From assembly GCA_002104905.1 (NCBI GenBank), contig MCFE01000319.1, positions 1 through 64,000 of the forward strand: a stretch of DNA of 64,000 bases, written 5' to 3'. The DNA comes from Basidiobolus meristosporus CBS 931.73 (lineage: Eukaryota; Fungi; Basidiobolomycota). The position numbers were made by a program, and so were the translations under genes. How positions within the stretch are numbered: position 1 is the first letter of the stretch; each line of letters opens with the position of its first letter. Positions 61,480 through 64,000 of this stretch are shown piece by piece. The notes beneath the pieces are model-generated. The model did not search any database. It was not told the origin of the DNA and worked only from the letters and a program-made list of their open reading frames with translations.

Positions 61480-64000
61480 TTTGAATGCGATAACAAAGAT
61501 GTGAAGACACAGGAGACCCCTAGCCTATTTATAAGCCATTAATGGACTTCAAAAATGGGGAGAACATATTTGGAATTTTGAGGGAATTACAATAACTAGG
61601 AAACAAAGACCTAGAACGAGCCTATGTGAAATTTGTATCAGCAGATAATATTAAAGCTGATTGTCCAATCGCCTGGCAACTCTCCATTTCACCATTACTG
61701 GACATACCTCTAATGTAAAGACTGTGCGGATTGGGTGATAGGATTCTATAGAAGCACAGGGTGGAGAAAGCCAGTAGCCTTTTTGAATGAAATATTGACT
61801 TATTATTGAATGAATCTCACTTTATTCTTTTCTTCCCAAGTCTTTCCTGACTCCGATCAACACATTATCGGGAATGCAGTAAATTCGTCAATGTGGAAAA
61901 TATCGCGGGAATTTTTGTAGCCAGGCAGGGAATGTTCACTAGATCTCATTTATTTCTGTGGTAAATATAGTGTTCGAACCTTTCAAACCATCTGTGCACT
62001 TAATATATCTTACATCTCGTGAGCATCTAGAATGAAGTCTGTCCATTTCAAACTCACGGAAGGCCGTATTAGTCGACCAGTCCTCTCCCCAAAGCTTATG
62101 AAATGGTGTATGGTACGCAATACAAATATTGCTGATTATACAATGTGTGAATTTAATGGGTTAATCCAATGGGAGAGTAGTAGTTGTGACAGCACATATT
62201 TTGGCTGCAGTCGTGCCTCAATAGCACATACGCAAGACTAGGTTCTTATCCATGATTCTCGATATGTCAGCCAATGAGAACCACCGTGTGGTTGGGATGC
62301 CATTGCTGTTAGCTGAGGAATGGTTGAATAGACTGTGCCAGCATTTCCTTAATCCGACAAACTCAATTTCTTTTGGCCATTTTCAAGCTTTACTGCCAGA
62401 CATTTAGTATCGGCAGGGAATTTAAGGCAATGTTTATAACAGGAAATCCCCTAGTAACATTGGGTGCAGACCCTTCTCAATTCGAGTCCAATATGGTGAT
62501 ATCATGGATAAAGCCTGTGATGATACCTGGGTACCTTATCGTCATTTATTCAATTTCACCTAAATGAGCTAGCTAAACTATACAAATCACTACAGCTATG
62601 CCATTGCCTTTCTGGACGTCCTTCACCAACCACTCCACGTAGCCTATAGGTATCACTCTGATTTAATCCACCTTCGTTCATCCAACCACATGGTGGGTAG
62701 TAAGCCACACCACATGGCCAGGTTAGACACTCTGTCGCCCAAGGACTCAGTTTCCCAAAACTAGAAGGCCAAACATGGACTTCCAAGGCAACAGAAAGCA
62801 TGACATCCTTTGAGGTGATGATTGCGTCGGGGCTACTGAAAGGCTTCTGCTTGTGTGCCCCTTGCTACTGGACGTCCGAGGTTGAATGCGCACTGGCAGA
62901 TTAATTTCGTGAAACTGGCTCTTGATCACTAGCTCCGTATTAAACATATCCAAGTTTTAGGGTTACACACGTTGCCACCTAGAGATTGGTGTGATCGCTA
63001 CAAAATCATATGACCAGTGATCGGTTGAATCACGAGTGACGGAAGGATTTGCCACTGGATCTACTTGCCATGTAGACATATCCTTGAGGCAACAGCAGAT
63101 CATTTAGGCTCTCACATCCACGAATGGGATACTCGACAGTTGCAAAAAAACTGGATACTTCTGGACCCATATAAAGAATCAGGGAAAATGGATTTATCTA
63201 GGGCAGAAAACCATTTTTCCTAGGAAGGGTTGTGCATCCTGGGTTGCGTATATAGTATATCCTCATGCCCTTTGGCTCCTCACCAATTTCGGCTGCAGAA
63301 TTGATGAACGATGATAATCAGCTGCCCTACCTCATTGTCTGTTGCATGAGGTTGGGGTTTTTTATTTGTTGACTAATCTTGCACATCTCTGCCACAAGCC
63401 ATCCTCCAAAGATGGAAATACTATAATAATCACAGCCCTAACCTTGAAAACACCGGAATTTTCCACCCCATATAACCAATTGGTACGTAAATGGGAGTCC
63501 AAATTCCAAGAATCCCATCCAGGTCCACACACATCAAGGCTGAAGTGCTTCTGCTCTCGGAAGATTTTGAATGCTCCAGCCTTTACAGGGAAATTCCTAA
63601 TACGGAGGTCCACCTACGCACCTGTGGGCAATTCTGCTTATAGTCGCGCTAAGAAATCCATTTCTCCAAGTATCTGATACGAAGAGGTGTGTCCTGGTAG
63701 AGGAGGTGTGTGGTCCGTTACCAAATCTTCCGTGATTGCTTGGCAAGGAATCACGGGTAGGACAGTGGTGAGTGATCGAAGTTCATGAACAAGAACCACC
63801 GGAGGCATGTTGCATCGATCCTGTGGTACAATGAGTCAATGCCTGTCACACGCTGATCATCAGTACAGTCACCCCAATAGAATTTGCCCCGCTATAACAT
63901 CGAGTTTCGAGTTTCCTGATATTTTACAGGGGAAAAACATAGAATTGAGCTAGAGGTGCGGGGGAACTGATAAGGACTGAGCCAATGGAGTGTGCACCTT

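Noticed and set aside
63362-63700. ILGEMDFL and GWDSW…NW, resembling a retroviral-type protease tail
   Set aside because: No catalytic D[ST]G motif or adjacent RT motifs could be found; too degenerate to call.

Overview
This is eukaryotic, fungal-type DNA. Genes have short (about 50-80 nt) GT-AG introns with CTAAC-like branch points. The gene set and the bacterial-like genes point to an early-diverging fungus (Zoopagomycota/Mucoromycota-like); that taxonomic call is inference. Left end (1.4-9.1 kb): five consecutive signal-peptide genes. These are two tandem bacterial-type CHAP peptidoglycan hydrolases with a 6-Cys N-terminal module (one copy has a spliceosomal intron), two small helical proteins that align without gaps, and a 678-aa block-structured Gly-rich protein. 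Next come housekeeping genes: CAF-1 subunit Cac2, CHIP/STUB1, a winged-helix + KilA-N/APSES protein, and a TTC36 gene largely missed by the ORF track. The most striking DNA structure is a pair of about 1.47-kb near-identical inverted repeats (24409-25888 and 32628-34087). They enclose one intact dual hybrid histidine kinase gene, with no recognisable transposase or target-site duplication, beside a CpG-depleted LINE relic. This is a candidate invertible or mobilisable signalling cassette. The right half holds an SSS transporter, a 7TM-RGS protein, an intron-bearing Ran pseudogene, an Isy1-like paralog, ERD1, DED1, a Gvp36-like BAR protein, ClpP and a CreA/Mig1-like zinc finger, plus degenerate repeat-like DNA. 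All calls come from manual reading and translation; no database search was run.
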